This document shows positions 30,379-40,298 of a DNA stretch of 64,000 nt, piece after piece. Position numbers and translations under genes: made by a program. This DNA is from an uncultured delta proteobacterium. GTDB taxonomy: Bacteria > Myxococcota_A > Polyangia > Fen-1088. The notes beneath the pieces were generated by a model. The model had not been told where the DNA came from and searched no databases. It saw only the letters and a program-made list of their open reading frames with translations. Within the stretch, counting starts at the first letter, position 1. The number at the start of each line of letters is the position of its first letter. Location of the stretch: positions 3,104,001 through 3,168,000 of the forward strand of contig CAVYGB010000008.1 of the NCBI GenBank assembly GCA_963767925.1, given 5' to 3'.

Positions 30379-30505
30379 CCAGGCAGTCTAACCGGGTCGG
30401 CACGGCCCGCGCCAATGCCCCCCGCCCGCCCGCGGGACCTCGAACACACCTTGCCCGACAAGCCCGAGCTGCGGCCAGCCGCCACATGCCGCATACTGGG
30501 GAATC

Positions 30506-31162
30506 ATGCGATATGACGCAGGCAAGTTGCGGGTTCCGACCGAGGCGGAGGCCCTGCCCGGTCGCAGCGAGCCGCTGCCCACGCCGGACAGCCACTACGT
30601 CTCGGACGCCCGGATCAAGCCCCCCTTCCCCGAGGGCACGCGCACGGCGATCTTCGGGCTGGGCTGCTTCTGGGGCGCGGAGCGGAAGTTCTGGCAGACC
30701 CCCGGCGTCTACAGCACGGCGGTCGGGTACGCCGGCGGGCACACGCCCAACCCGACCTACCGCGAGGTGTGCAGCGGCCTGACCGGCCACACCGAGGTGG
30801 TGCTGGTTGTGTACGACCCGAGCCAGATCTCCTACCCCCAGCTCCTGCGGGTGTTCTGGGAGAACCACGACCCCACCCAGGGGCTGCGCCAGGGCAACGA
30901 CGTCGGCAGCCAGTACCGCTCGGCGATCTACACCACCGACGACGAGCAGCTCGCCGCCGCCGAGGAGTCGCGCGACGCCTACGAGAAGGCGCTGGCCAAG
31001 GCGGGCTACGGCGCCATCAGCACCGAGCTCCGGCGGGCGCCCGAGTTTTATTACGCCGAGGACTACCACCAGCAGTACCTGGCGAAGAACCCCGACGGCT
31101 ACTGCGGCATCGGCGGCACCGGAGTGGCCTGCGCGGTGGGACCCGCCGTGGCCCGCGGCTGA
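30506..31162 (+). CDS. msrA: Peptide-methionine (S)-S-oxide reductase
   Basis: [22 protein letters not shown] and [17 protein letters not shown]. Confidence 0.96.
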   Translation: MRYDAGKLRVPTEAEALPGRSEPLPTPDSHYVSDARIKPPFPEGTRTAIFGLGCFWGAERKFWQTPGVYSTAVGYAGGHTPNPTYREVCSGLTGHTEVVLVVYDPSQISYPQLLRVFWENHDPTQGLRQGNDVGSQYRSAIYTTDDEQLAAAEESRDAYEKALAKAGYGAISTELRRAPEFYYAEDYHQQYLAKNPDGYCGIGGTGVACAVGPAVARG

Positions 31163-31183
31163 GCGGCCCCGGCACCCCTCGAC

Positions 31184-32482
31184 TCAGGCGACGACCAGAC
31201 CGGCGGCGGCCAGCGGCGTGCGCCCGGCGGAACCGGCGCTGCCGTCGAGCACGGCGGCGCCCAGCCCGGCCGGAGGCGGGGCGGCCAGCTTGGCGAAGAA
31301 GTTGGGGAAGGTCTTGGCGACGCAGGCCGGGTCCTCGATCCCGATCCCGGGCACCACCAGCCCCAGGGTGGCGAAACACATCGCCAGCCGGTGGTCGCCA
31401 TAGGTCGCGATGCGGGCGCCGTGCAGGGGACCGGGCTGCACAGTGAGGGTGTCGCCCTGCTCGTCGACCACCGCCCCGCAGCGGGTGAGCTCGGTGCGCA
31501 GGGCGACAACCCGCTCGCACTCCTGCACCCGCAGGCGGCCGAGATCGGTGAAGGTTGTCGGGCGGGCGGCGAAGGGGGCCAGGACGATGGCGGTCATGAT
31601 GCTGTCGCCGAGGTCGCGCTCGCGCGACAGCGTGGGGGGCAGGGGCAGGTGCTCGGGGAAGGCGGCGTCGATCTGCCAGCCCGAGCGGGGCCAGCCCGCG
31701 ACCACCACCCGGCTGCCCCGGGTCGGCCCCTGGCCGGCGAGCAGGAAGCCAGCCGCCTGGAAGTAGCTTCCGCTCGAGGCGTCGGGCTCGATGGCAAAGA
31801 CCCCGCCGGTTGTCGGGAAGGCCCGCGCCAGGGCGGCGGTCATCTCGACGTAGGGGAGCTCGTCGGGGTTGGCTCCCTCGATGTCGACCTGCCAGCCGCC
31901 GAGCTGCCCGGCCAGCAGCAGGGCCGAGGCGTGTTGCGAGCTCTCGGCCACGCTGACCCGGGTCCGACCCGGGCGGGGCCCGCGGCCGTGCACCACGGCG
32001 GGCAGCCGGCCGTTGGGCGTGTCGATCGCGTAGCCGAGCCTGGCCAGGGCCTCGAACAGGGCGGCCTGCGGGCGCTCGTGCATGCGGGGGACGCCGCTCA
32101 GCCGGTAGCTGCCCCGGCCGAGGCAGACCAGGGCGGTCAGGAAGCGGGCCGCCGTGCCGGCGTTGCCGACGTGGAGCTCGAGGGGCGCCTCGGGGGATCC
32201 CGCCCGCGGCACCTCGCCGCCGCGGCCCACAACGGTGATGCGGCGGTTGCTGGGGTCGCCCGCGTCGGGCTCGACCCGCACCTCGAACCCGAGCCGGCCG
32301 AGGCAGTCGACCATGACCTGGGTGTCCTCGCTCCAGAGGGCGCCCGTCAGCGTGGTGCTCCCGCGCGCGAGGGCCGCCAGGACCAGCGCCCGGTTGGTCA
32401 CGCTCTTCGAGCCAGGGATCGTCACCTCGGCCTGGAGAGGGCCGGCCAGCGGGACGATCTCGACGAGGGGGGGCAGGGGCAT
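31184..32482 (-). CDS. aroA: EPSP synthase
   Basis: [33 protein letters not shown] and DHRLAM. Confidence 0.9.
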   Translation of the reverse strand: MPLPPLVEIVPLAGPLQAEVTIPGSKSVTNRALVLAALARGSTTLTGALWSEDTQVMVDCLGRLGFEVRVEPDAGDPSNRRITVVGRGGEVPRAGSPEAPLELHVGNAGTAARFLTALVCLGRGSYRLSGVPRMHERPQAALFEALARLGYAIDTPNGRLPAVVHGRGPRPGRTRVSVAESSQHASALLLAGQLGGWQVDIEGANPDELPYVEMTAALARAFPTTGGVFAIEPDASSGSYFQAAGFLLAGQGPTRGSRVVVAGWPRSGWQIDAAFPEHLPLPPTLSRERDLGDSIMTAIVLAPFAARPTTFTDLGRLRVQECERVVALRTELTRCGAVVDEQGDTLTVQPGPLHGARIATYGDHRLAMCFATLGLVVPGIGIEDPACVAKTFPNFFAKLAAPPPAGLGAAVLDGSAGSAGRTPLAAAGLVVA

Positions 32483-32568
32483 GGCCGGCCAGAATAGCCG
32501 AGGCGGCGGTTGCGGCGCCGTGTCTTGACAGCACCTACCCGCGGCGGGGATCCTCGCTCCTACCTGCG

Positions 32569-33221
32569 ATGCGTCACATGGCGGGCGAGCTACGAAGGTC
32601 TCGGGTGAGGGGCGGCGCGCTCCGCCGCCTGGCGGGCCTGCTGCTCGCGGCGGGGGCCCTCACCTGCGGCGGCGTGCGCACCGATGGCCTGCTCGACGGC
32701 GGCGCCCCCGCGCCCGACGCGCGCCGGGTGACGGCGGGACCAGCAGCGCGCCCCTTCCGGGCGCCGCCGGCAAGTCGTCGCGGTCTGGACCTGCTCGGGC
32801 GGGGGGGCCATCGCGGGCGACACCGGCGGGGGCATGGCCGGGGAAACGATAGACGGCGCGCCGGGCGCTCAGGTCGGCCTCACCCTCGGCGCGATCACGG
32901 GCGCCGGCTCGGTCTCATCGCCCGGCGGCTCCCAGGTCACTGCAGGGCTCCTTGCGCGACGGCACGGGCAAGCTGCAGTCGATGTCGGTGGCGGCCTCGG
33001 TCAGCCTGTTCGACGCCCAGACCGGGGGCGCCCGCCTCGGCTCGTTCCCCAACCTCAACGAGCACCTGCGCAGCCTGGTCAACGGTCAGGAGTCCCTGGT
33101 CTGCCCCCCCGGTCGCTACCTCATCAACCCCAGCGCCTTCAGCAACGGGGCCGTCACAACCCCGGGCGGCCTGCACTGCGCTCCTCAGACCGACAGCCGC
33201 CCGGTCTTCTGCTGCCGGTAG
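32569..33221 (+). pseudogene. Hypothetical secreted protein broken by several apparent frameshifts
   Basis: Signal-like start (LAGLLLAAGALTCGG); coding-like text continues in other frames (VVAVWTCSGGG..QVT, then LQGSLRDG..FCCR*). Confidence 0.4.
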
Positions 33222-33225
33222 GCGG

Positions 33226-34089
33226 CTATCGATCGAAGACGATCGTCCGGTTCTCGAAGATGAGGACCCGGCGCTCGAGGTGCAGCCGGACCGCGCGGGT
33301 GAGCACCCGGCGCTCGAGCTCCCGGCCCTTCGCCACGAGATCCTCCACCTCGTCGCGGTGGGTGACCCGACAGACGTCCTGCTCGATGATCGGGCCCTGG
33401 TCGAGCGCCGCCGTCACGTAGTGGGCCGTCGCGCCGATGACCTTCACCCCGCGATCTTTGGCCTGCTGGTAGGGCCGGGCGCCCACGAAGGCGGGGAGGA
33501 AGGAGTGGTGGATGTTGATGATCCGCCCGGGGTGCCGCTCGACGAAGGCGGGCGAGAGGATCTGCATGTAGCGGGCGAGGACGACGAGGTTGGCGCCGAG
33601 CTCGTCGAGCAGGGCGAGCTGGCGGGCCTCCGCCGCGGGCTTGTCGCTGGCCTCGACCGGGATGTGGTGGAAGGGGACGTCGAAGTGGCGACAGACGTCG
33701 GCCAGGGTGTCGTGGTTGGAGATCACCGCCGCGATCTCGCCGCCCAGCTCGCCGAGCTGCTGGCACAGGAGCAGGTCGTACAGGCAGTGTGGCGTCTTGC
33801 TCACGAACACCGCCACCCGCGGCCGCCGGTCGTCCACCGCCAGCTCCCAGGTGAGCTCGAAACGTTTTGCCAGGACCTCCATCGCCTTGCAGGTGGTCTC
33901 GTGGTCGAGCTGGAAGCGGGCGATGTCCCAGCTCAGGCGCATGAAGAACTGTCCGCTCTCCTGCTCGGCGTGCTGGTCGGCGTCGAGGATGTTGCCATTG
34001 TGACGAAACACGAAGTCGGACAGCGCGGCCACCAGGCCCGTGCGATCCTGACAGCTGACCAGCAGAGTGGCGATCTTGGCCGGGTTCAT
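33226..34089 (-). CDS. purU: Formyltetrahydrofolate deformylase
   Basis: ACT domain (CQDRTGLVA), VVLARYMQILS, INIHHSFLPAF.GARPY and GATAHYVT..LD.GPIIEQD. Confidence 0.95.
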   Translation of the reverse strand: MNPAKIATLLVSCQDRTGLVAALSDFVFRHNGNILDADQHAEQESGQFFMRLSWDIARFQLDHETTCKAMEVLAKRFELTWELAVDDRRPRVAVFVSKTPHCLYDLLLCQQLGELGGEIAAVISNHDTLADVCRHFDVPFHHIPVEASDKPAAEARQLALLDELGANLVVLARYMQILSPAFVERHPGRIINIHHSFLPAFVGARPYQQAKDRGVKVIGATAHYVTAALDQGPIIEQDVCRVTHRDEVEDLVAKGRELERRVLTRAVRLHLERRVLIFENRTIVFDR

Positions 34090-34206
34090 CCGATGTGAGC
34101 CTCGCACAGGAGGTGACAGATACGTGTCAGGCGGCCCTGGTATGCCGGCCTACCTCGCGCACCATCCTTGAGGCGATCGCATCGGGCGCGCTAGGATCCA
34201 GGTATT

Positions 34207-35013
34207 GTGTATGACGACGCGGAAGACCAATTTTATCAGGGCTACCCTTCGCAGACCCGGCGGGGCCATCCGCTGCTCGCCTCGATCATAACTTCGGTCA
34301 TCACGTCGGCGGCCGTCTTCTTCGGCCTGCGCGAGCTCGACCAGCGTGGGTACCTCGGCGGCGAGGGGCGCGCGCGCTCTGCCCCCGCGGCCGCCGCCGG
34401 ACAGGCGGTGCAGGTCCCCAACCTGGTGGGCCTGCGGCTCGAGCAGGGGCGCGAGCTGTTGAAGCTGCGGGGGCTCCTCGTCTCCATCGCCGAGGAGCGA
34501 GACGACCCGAGCCAGCCCGCCGGCGCGATAATCGCCCAGAACCCGCCGTCGGCCGCGGCCACCACCACCGGCACAACGGTGCAGGTGATCCTGGCCCGCG
34601 CGCCCGCCGGACTGACCGTCCCGGCGCTGACCGGCCTCAAGCCGGAAGACGCGGCCCGGCAGCTCGTGGCCAAGGGCCTGCAGGTGGCCGCGCCCAAGGC
34701 GGCGGCGAGCGAGACGGTGGCCCCCGGCCTGGTCCTCGGGACCGAGCCGCCCATGGGGGCCGCGGTGCCGCCCGGGTCGGCGGTGGTGCTGGTCCTGTCG
34801 GCGTCGAAGGCGGCCACCGTCCCCAAGGTGGTCGGAACCCGGCTCACCCGCGCCAAGCGCACGCTGGAGGAGGCCGGGTTCAAGGTCGGAAAGACGGTAT
34901 ACCGGTACGACCCATGCTGCGGCGAGTACATCATCCTCCGCCAGACGCCGGGCGAGGGGGAGGCCGCGGCGGCGGGCGCCACGGTCGACCTGATCGTCAA
35001 CGAACCGGGCTGA
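34207..35013 (+). CDS. Membrane-anchored stand-alone PASTA-repeat protein (about 3 repeats)
   Basis: TM helix followed by VPNLVG, VPALTG and VPKVVG repeats with Q.P..G motifs. Confidence 0.85.
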   Translation: MYDDAEDQFYQGYPSQTRRGHPLLASIITSVITSAAVFFGLRELDQRGYLGGEGRARSAPAAAAGQAVQVPNLVGLRLEQGRELLKLRGLLVSIAEERDDPSQPAGAIIAQNPPSAAATTTGTTVQVILARAPAGLTVPALTGLKPEDAARQLVAKGLQVAAPKAAASETVAPGLVLGTEPPMGAAVPPGSAVVLVLSASKAATVPKVVGTRLTRAKRTLEEAGFKVGKTVYRYDPCCGEYIILRQTPGEGEAAAAGATVDLIVNEPG

Positions 35014-35053
35014 TCGGTGACCACCCGACCGCCTTATCGTATGATTGCCTACT

Positions 35054-35410
35054 ATGAAGAAGCGGGGCCCCGACCGCGAAGGTGAGGCCGAGCCGGCCGA
35101 CGTGGCCCTGGTCTTCGACCGCACCGAGGACTCCGAGGGCTACCGGATCTTGCGCCGGCGCGCGGCAGCCGACCAGGTCGAGATCGGCACCATCCGCCCT
35201 CTCAAGGAGGGCCGCCCGATCGACGGCGAGGTGCTCAGCCTGACCGCCCGCCAGGACGTCCCCTTCCTCTACAACGTCAAGACCGAGCTGGCCGATCCCC
35301 ACGCCGCCACCCGCCTCACCAGCGACGGCCCCGCCCAGATAGCCACCGAGGAGTACCGGCGCGGCTGGGAGGCGATCTGGGGCACCGGCAGCGAAGACAA
35401 GCCGAACTAG
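35054..35410 (+). CDS. Hypothetical protein
   Basis: Typical GC3 codon usage; ends GPAQIATEEYRRGWEAIWG. Confidence 0.7.
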   Translation: MKKRGPDREGEAEPADVALVFDRTEDSEGYRILRRRAAADQVEIGTIRPLKEGRPIDGEVLSLTARQDVPFLYNVKTELADPHAATRLTSDGPAQIATEEYRRGWEAIWGTGSEDKPN

Positions 35411-35572
35411 TCCCCTGGAAAGGTGATTTCTTGCATATCTCGCCGGTCCTCTTCGTCCCTGGCTGCGTTGCTCGTCGGTTAAATACGCCTGGTATTCGCC
35501 CTCCTCGCGCCTTGCCAGGAACGAAGATGCCTCGCCGACATATGCAAGCCTTCACCGTTCCAGGGGACTAGT
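35406..35572. repeat. 167-bp imperfect palindromic element (MITE/REP-like) bounded by ACTAGT
   Basis: Perfect 15-bp terminal inverted repeats ACTAGTCCCCTGGAA; arms stay complementary for about 58 bp; lower GC than the flanks. Confidence 0.8.
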
Positions 35573-35641
35573 CGGGCCCGCGCGAAGCGAGGGGACCCGA
35601 CTACTTCGAAAAAAGTCCCTGGCCGGGGCGCGGGCGCCGGC

Positions 35642-36589
35642 TCAGAGCCGGATCTTCTCGAAGTGGACGAGGTCGACGAAGGCGGTGAAGCGCTCGCGGA
35701 TGTCGGCCAGGGTCAAGGTGCGGAACCGGTCGAGGCTGAAGGCCTCCACGCTGTAAGAGGCCAGCACCGACCCGAGGATCATCGCCGTGCGGATGTCGGC
35801 CGGGGTGGTGGCGCCGGCCCGGGCCAGCCAGCCCATGAACCCGCCCGCGAAGGAATCGCCGGCGCCGGTGGGATCGACAACCTCCTCGAGCGGGAAGGCG
35901 GGGGCGGCGAACACGCCCCCCTCGTGAAACAGCAGCGCGCCTGCGTCGCCCCGCTTGATCACGACCGCGCGCGGCCCCAGCGCCCGGATGGCCCGGGCGG
36001 CCGAGGGGAGGTTGCCGTGGCGGGCCAGCAGGCGGGCCTCGTCGTCGTTGAGCAGCAGCAGGTCGACCTTCTTGAGCAGGCGCTCGAGGGCCTCGCGCTT
36101 GCCCTCGATCCAGTAGTTCATCGTGTCGCAGGCGACGAAGCGGGGGCGATCGACCTGCTCGAGCACGTCGAGCTGCAGCTCGGGATCGATGTTGGCGAGA
36201 AAGACGTGGGGCGAGTCCCGCCACTCGGCCGGCAGCTTGGGCCGGAAGGTCTGGAACACGTTGAGCTGGGTGTCGAGCGTGGTGCGGGCGTTGAAGTCGC
36301 TGGAGTACCGGCCGCTCCAGCGGAAGGTCCGCCCGGGCACCCGCTCGAGGCCGGCGAGGTCGATCTGGTGGCCGCGCAGGAAGGAGACGTGGGCCTCCGG
36401 GAAGTCGTCGCCCACCACCCCGGTCAGGCGCACCGGGGCCAGGAAGGAGGCGGCCACCGAGAAGAACGAGGCGGCGCCGCCCAGCAGCTCCTCCCGGCGG
36501 GCGGTGGTGGTTTCGACCGTGTCGAGCGCGACCGAGCCGACGACCAGCAGGGGGGCCGCCTTGTTCTCGGCAGAAGGGACGGTTGCCAT
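35642..36589 (-). CDS. PfkB-family carbohydrate/nucleoside kinase
   Basis: VVGSVALD, GGAA, DTMNYWI, N..E and DPTGAGDSFAGG. Confidence 0.92.
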   Translation of the reverse strand: MATVPSAENKAAPLLVVGSVALDTVETTTARREELLGGAASFFSVAASFLAPVRLTGVVGDDFPEAHVSFLRGHQIDLAGLERVPGRTFRWSGRYSSDFNARTTLDTQLNVFQTFRPKLPAEWRDSPHVFLANIDPELQLDVLEQVDRPRFVACDTMNYWIEGKREALERLLKKVDLLLLNDDEARLLARHGNLPSAARAIRALGPRAVVIKRGDAGALLFHEGGVFAAPAFPLEEVVDPTGAGDSFAGGFMGWLARAGATTPADIRTAMILGSVLASYSVEAFSLDRFRTLTLADIRERFTAFVDLVHFEKIRL

Positions 36590-36654
36590 GGCAGCAGCGT
36601 CTATCACGGATCGTTCGCGCGGCAGAACCCGTGTTTGCGTTTAAGATCCAAGCG

Positions 36655-38655
36655 ATGACCGAGGCGGCCGACGAGGTGGTGGCCCTGGTGGCGGCGGGCG
36701 ATTACGCCGGCGCCGCCCGCCGCGCCGAGGCGGCGGGGGACCTGCGCCGGGCCATCGGGCTCTACGAGCGCATCTGGCGTTTCTCGGAGGCCCTGGCCCT
36801 GGCCGAGCGGCTGGGGGATCGGGCCCTGGCCATCCGGCTGGCGCTCGACGCGAAGGTCACCGACCGGGCCCTCGCCCTGGCCGCGTCAATCCCCGCGGAC
36901 GCGCGGGCGGAGCTGGAGGCGGCCGGCGCGGCCTTCGCCGCCCGGGGCCGCTGGCTGGAGGCGGCCGAGCTGGCCGAGCGGGCGGGGACGCCCGAGCGGG
37001 CGGCCAGCTTCTGGAAGCGAGGGGGCGCGATCTTGCCCGCCGCCCGGGCCCTGGAGAAGGCCGGGCAGTGGCACGAGGCCGGGCGGCTGTACGAGGAGCT
37101 GGCCGAGGCGGCCACCCGGGACGGCGAGCTCGAGCTGGCGGCCGAGGCCCGGCTGGCCCTGGGCTCGCTGCTGGGGCGCCTGGGCCGCCCCCGCGACGCC
37201 GCCCGTTCGTTGCAGGCCGCCAGCCGGCACCCCGCCACCGAGCTCTCTGCCCAGCGCCGCCTGTGCGTCGAGCTGGAGGTGCTGGGGCTGCACAACGCCG
37301 CCGAGGAGATCGCGCGCCGCCTGCAAGGCAAACATCCCGAGCTGCCGGCCAGCGCCGCGGCCATCGCCGAGATCGAGCTGCAGGCGGCGGCCGGGCGGCT
37401 GCTCCCCCCCGAGCCGCTGCGCCGCTTCGCCGACCTGGAGCTGATCGGGGCGGGGGCCCTGGGCCGGGCCTACCGGGCCCACGACGGGCTGCTGGGCGAG
37501 ACGGTGGCGCTGAAGATCCTCTCGGTGGGCCCGGGGGGCAGCAACGCCGAGCGCCAGTCCTTCCAGCGCTTCCTGCGCGAGGCGGAGGCCTCGAGCCGCC
37601 TGCGCCACCCCCACATCGTCCGGCTGCTCGACGCCGACGAGCGGGCCGGCATCCTCGTGCTCGAGTACCTGCCCGGCGGCACCCTGGCCCGGGCCCTCGC
37701 CCGCGTCGAGCGCCTCGAGCCGGCCGCCGTGCGCCGGCTGGCGCTCGAGCTGCTGTCGGCGCTGGCCTCGGCCCACGCCGCCGGGATCGTGCACCGGGAC
37801 GTCAAGCCGGCGAACATCTTCTTCGACGCCGCGGGCAACGCCAAGCTGGCCGACTTCGGCGCTGCCCACCTGGCCGACTTCGGCGGCACCCAGACCGCCG
37901 GCTTCATTGGCACCCTCGCCTACCTGTCGCCCGAGCAGATCACGGGCGGGCGCATCGGCCCGCCGGCCGATCTCTACGCCCTCGGTGTGACGCTGTTCGA
38001 GGCGCTCACCGGCCGCCTGCCCTTCCTGGGCCCCGACCTGGTCGGGCAACACCTCGGCGAGGCGCCGCCCCGGCCCAGCTCGCTCGACCCCTCGCTGTCG
38101 CAGGTCCATGACCAGGTGCTGGCCAGCGCCCTCGCCAAGAGCCCGAGCGACCGCTTCCCCTCGGCCGACCTCATGGCCGAGCTGATCCGCGCCTGGCCCG
38201 AGTCGCCGCGCACCGGCCCCCGCCCGGCGAGCGTGCGCGAGGCCAGCCGCGCCGACGCCCGCCCCCCGCTGGCCCCGCCCGACCGCCGCCCGGTCGGTCA
38301 CACGACCCGGGGGCCGCTGCAGGCCTCGACCGATGGGCGCATCGGGCGCCCCGTCCTGATCGAGGAGCTGCCGGGGCCGCTGGCCGGCGACGAGCTCGAA
38401 GCCCTCAAGCGGCTGGCCCGGGCCGGCGGTCCCCACGTGCAGCGCGTGCTGGCCCTGGACAACGGCGGCCGCGAGATCGTGTACGAGGTGATAGAGGGCC
38501 ACCTCGTGACAACCTCCGCGCTCGACGCCGAGGAGATGCTCCAGCTCGAGGAGGCCTGGGCGGCCCTCGCCTCGGCCGGGCTCTACGCCTCACCCCGCCA
38601 CCCGGTGGTGCGCACCGCGGGCGGCCCGGTGATCCTCGTGGTGCTCGCCGAGTAG
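36655..38655 (+). CDS. TPR-containing Ser/Thr protein kinase
   Basis: N-terminal helical repeats; GAGALG, VALK, HRDVKPAN, DFG and GTLAYLSPE. Confidence 0.88.
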   Translation: MTEAADEVVALVAAGDYAGAARRAEAAGDLRRAIGLYERIWRFSEALALAERLGDRALAIRLALDAKVTDRALALAASIPADARAELEAAGAAFAARGRWLEAAELAERAGTPERAASFWKRGGAILPAARALEKAGQWHEAGRLYEELAEAATRDGELELAAEARLALGSLLGRLGRPRDAARSLQAASRHPATELSAQRRLCVELEVLGLHNAAEEIARRLQGKHPELPASAAAIAEIELQAAAGRLLPPEPLRRFADLELIGAGALGRAYRAHDGLLGETVALKILSVGPGGSNAERQSFQRFLREAEASSRLRHPHIVRLLDADERAGILVLEYLPGGTLARALARVERLEPAAVRRLALELLSALASAHAAGIVHRDVKPANIFFDAAGNAKLADFGAAHLADFGGTQTAGFIGTLAYLSPEQITGGRIGPPADLYALGVTLFEALTGRLPFLGPDLVGQHLGEAPPRPSSLDPSLSQVHDQVLASALAKSPSDRFPSADLMAELIRAWPESPRTGPRPASVREASRADARPPLAPPDRRPVGHTTRGPLQASTDGRIGRPVLIEELPGPLAGDELEALKRLARAGGPHVQRVLALDNGGREIVYEVIEGHLVTTSALDAEEMLQLEEAWAALASAGLYASPRHPVVRTAGGPVILVVLAE

Positions 38656-38690
38656 CCCGCCGGCGCAGGCCCGTAGTACCCTGACCCATC

Positions 38691-40292
38691 GTGAAATTTT
38701 CGTCGTCGCCCGGGCTGGCGGGGCTTGTCGCGCTGACTCTCGCGGGCTGTGACGGGGACTTCGAGCCCGAGCAGCCGCCCCGCACCGTGCGCCTGACCGC
38801 CGGTCCGGCGGTCAAGGTAGGGCGCGCCCTCACGAGCTGCTCGCACGGCCCCGCCACGGCCTCCCGCCGCTTCTGCGCCTTCGCCCGGCCGCTCGACCAG
38901 GGAGGGGCCGAGCTCTGGGTTGTCGACGTGCAGCGGGCGCTGGCCGGGGAGGCGCCCTGCGACGGGAGCAGCCCCCATTGCCTCCGCCTCACCAGCGAGC
39001 TGTGGACCGGCCAGCCGCTCTTCTCCCCCGCCCACCCCGACATCCACGCCTTCCATGGCGACACCCTCGTGTTCTACGCCCGCTCGACAACCGGCAACGG
39101 CGACCAGGCCTATCAGGGCCCCGTCCACGCCTGGCGCCCCGACGCCGGCCCCGCCCGGGCCATCACCGGCGATCGCGGGCGGGTCTGCGTGGGCCACGAC
39201 CGCAGCGCGGGGGCCATCTGCATCGATGGCGAGCGCATGGCGGGGGCCGCGGTCGAGTTCGATCTCCTGGCCGGAACCGTGGGCCCCGGCCTCGACGGGC
39301 CCCTGCCCCGCATCGAGGCCATCCGCCCGCTCGACGAGGACGGAGACCTGCTGTGGCAGGTGGCCTTCTCACCCAGCGGATCGCACCTGGCCTTCTCCGA
39401 CCAGGTCCCCGAGGGCCTCAAGCAGGAGCGGCTGCGGGTCCTGCCGGTCGGGGACCTCGGGCGGACCCAGGCCAGCGAGCTGCTGCGGGACGCGGCCGCC
39501 TGGCAGTTCTCCCCCGACGGGCGCCAGATCTACTTCCTGCGCGGGTTCAACTACGGCGCCGACGAGACCCTCACCGGCATCCTGGCGGTCGCCGACTTCC
39601 CCTCGGGCGCCAACCCCCGCGAGCTGCAGCCGCGGGTCGGCCGCTACCAGGTCCTCGGCGAGCCCGGGGGGCCCACCCGGGCCCTCGGCCTGTTCCAGGA
39701 TATGGGCCAGTTCTCCGGACGGTTCAGCCTGCTGCGCGATCCGGCCAACCCGGGCGCGCTCACCCTCATCGGCACCGACGTCGAGGACGCGCTGGTCTCG
39801 CCCGACCTGCGCCACAGCTTGCTCTACGGAGAGGACCGCGAGGGCAACCGGGCCAGCTTCATCGCCCGCAACGACGGCAGCGGCCAGTGCCAGGTGGCCG
39901 CCCACCCCGGCCGCGACGTCTACGCCACCACCTTCCTGAGCGGCCCTCCCCTGCTCCTCTGGGCCGAGGACGACCCGCACGATCCGACGCTGATCCAGGG
40001 CTGGCTGGGAGACCTCGACACCTGCGAGGCCAGGCAGCAGTTCTCGAGCGCCCTCGCGCTCTACGAGCCCACCCGGGCGGGGGTGGTCTGGGCGGATCTC
40101 GAAGACGGGGCCCGGGCCTTGACGCTTCGGTACGCGCCGCTGGCGGGTGGGGCGCTGGACCTGGGGCAGGCTCGGGAGCTCCACCGGACCATCGACACGC
40201 AGGTGACGGTGATCGACGGCCGCTACCTGCTGTATTCGGTCAGCCAGGGGAGCCCGGAGAACACCGGCCTGTTCCTGCACGGCCCCTTGTGA
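38691..40292 (+). CDS. Lipoprotein, probable beta-propeller (TolB-like repeats)
   Basis: Lipobox LAGC; FSPSG, FSPDG and VSPD repeats. Confidence 0.7.
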   Translation: MKFSSSPGLAGLVALTLAGCDGDFEPEQPPRTVRLTAGPAVKVGRALTSCSHGPATASRRFCAFARPLDQGGAELWVVDVQRALAGEAPCDGSSPHCLRLTSELWTGQPLFSPAHPDIHAFHGDTLVFYARSTTGNGDQAYQGPVHAWRPDAGPARAITGDRGRVCVGHDRSAGAICIDGERMAGAAVEFDLLAGTVGPGLDGPLPRIEAIRPLDEDGDLLWQVAFSPSGSHLAFSDQVPEGLKQERLRVLPVGDLGRTQASELLRDAAAWQFSPDGRQIYFLRGFNYGADETLTGILAVADFPSGANPRELQPRVGRYQVLGEPGGPTRALGLFQDMGQFSGRFSLLRDPANPGALTLIGTDVEDALVSPDLRHSLLYGEDREGNRASFIARNDGSGQCQVAAHPGRDVYATTFLSGPPLLLWAEDDPHDPTLIQGWLGDLDTCEARQQFSSALALYEPTRAGVVWADLEDGARALTLRYAPLAGGALDLGQARELHRTIDTQVTVIDGRYLLYSVSQGSPENTGLFLHGPL

Positions 40293-40298
40293 CGGCTG

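Noticed and set aside
35316..35555. 79-aa minus-strand ORF MKACICRRG...
   Set aside because: It is largely the reading of the palindromic element and overlaps a real gene antisense.
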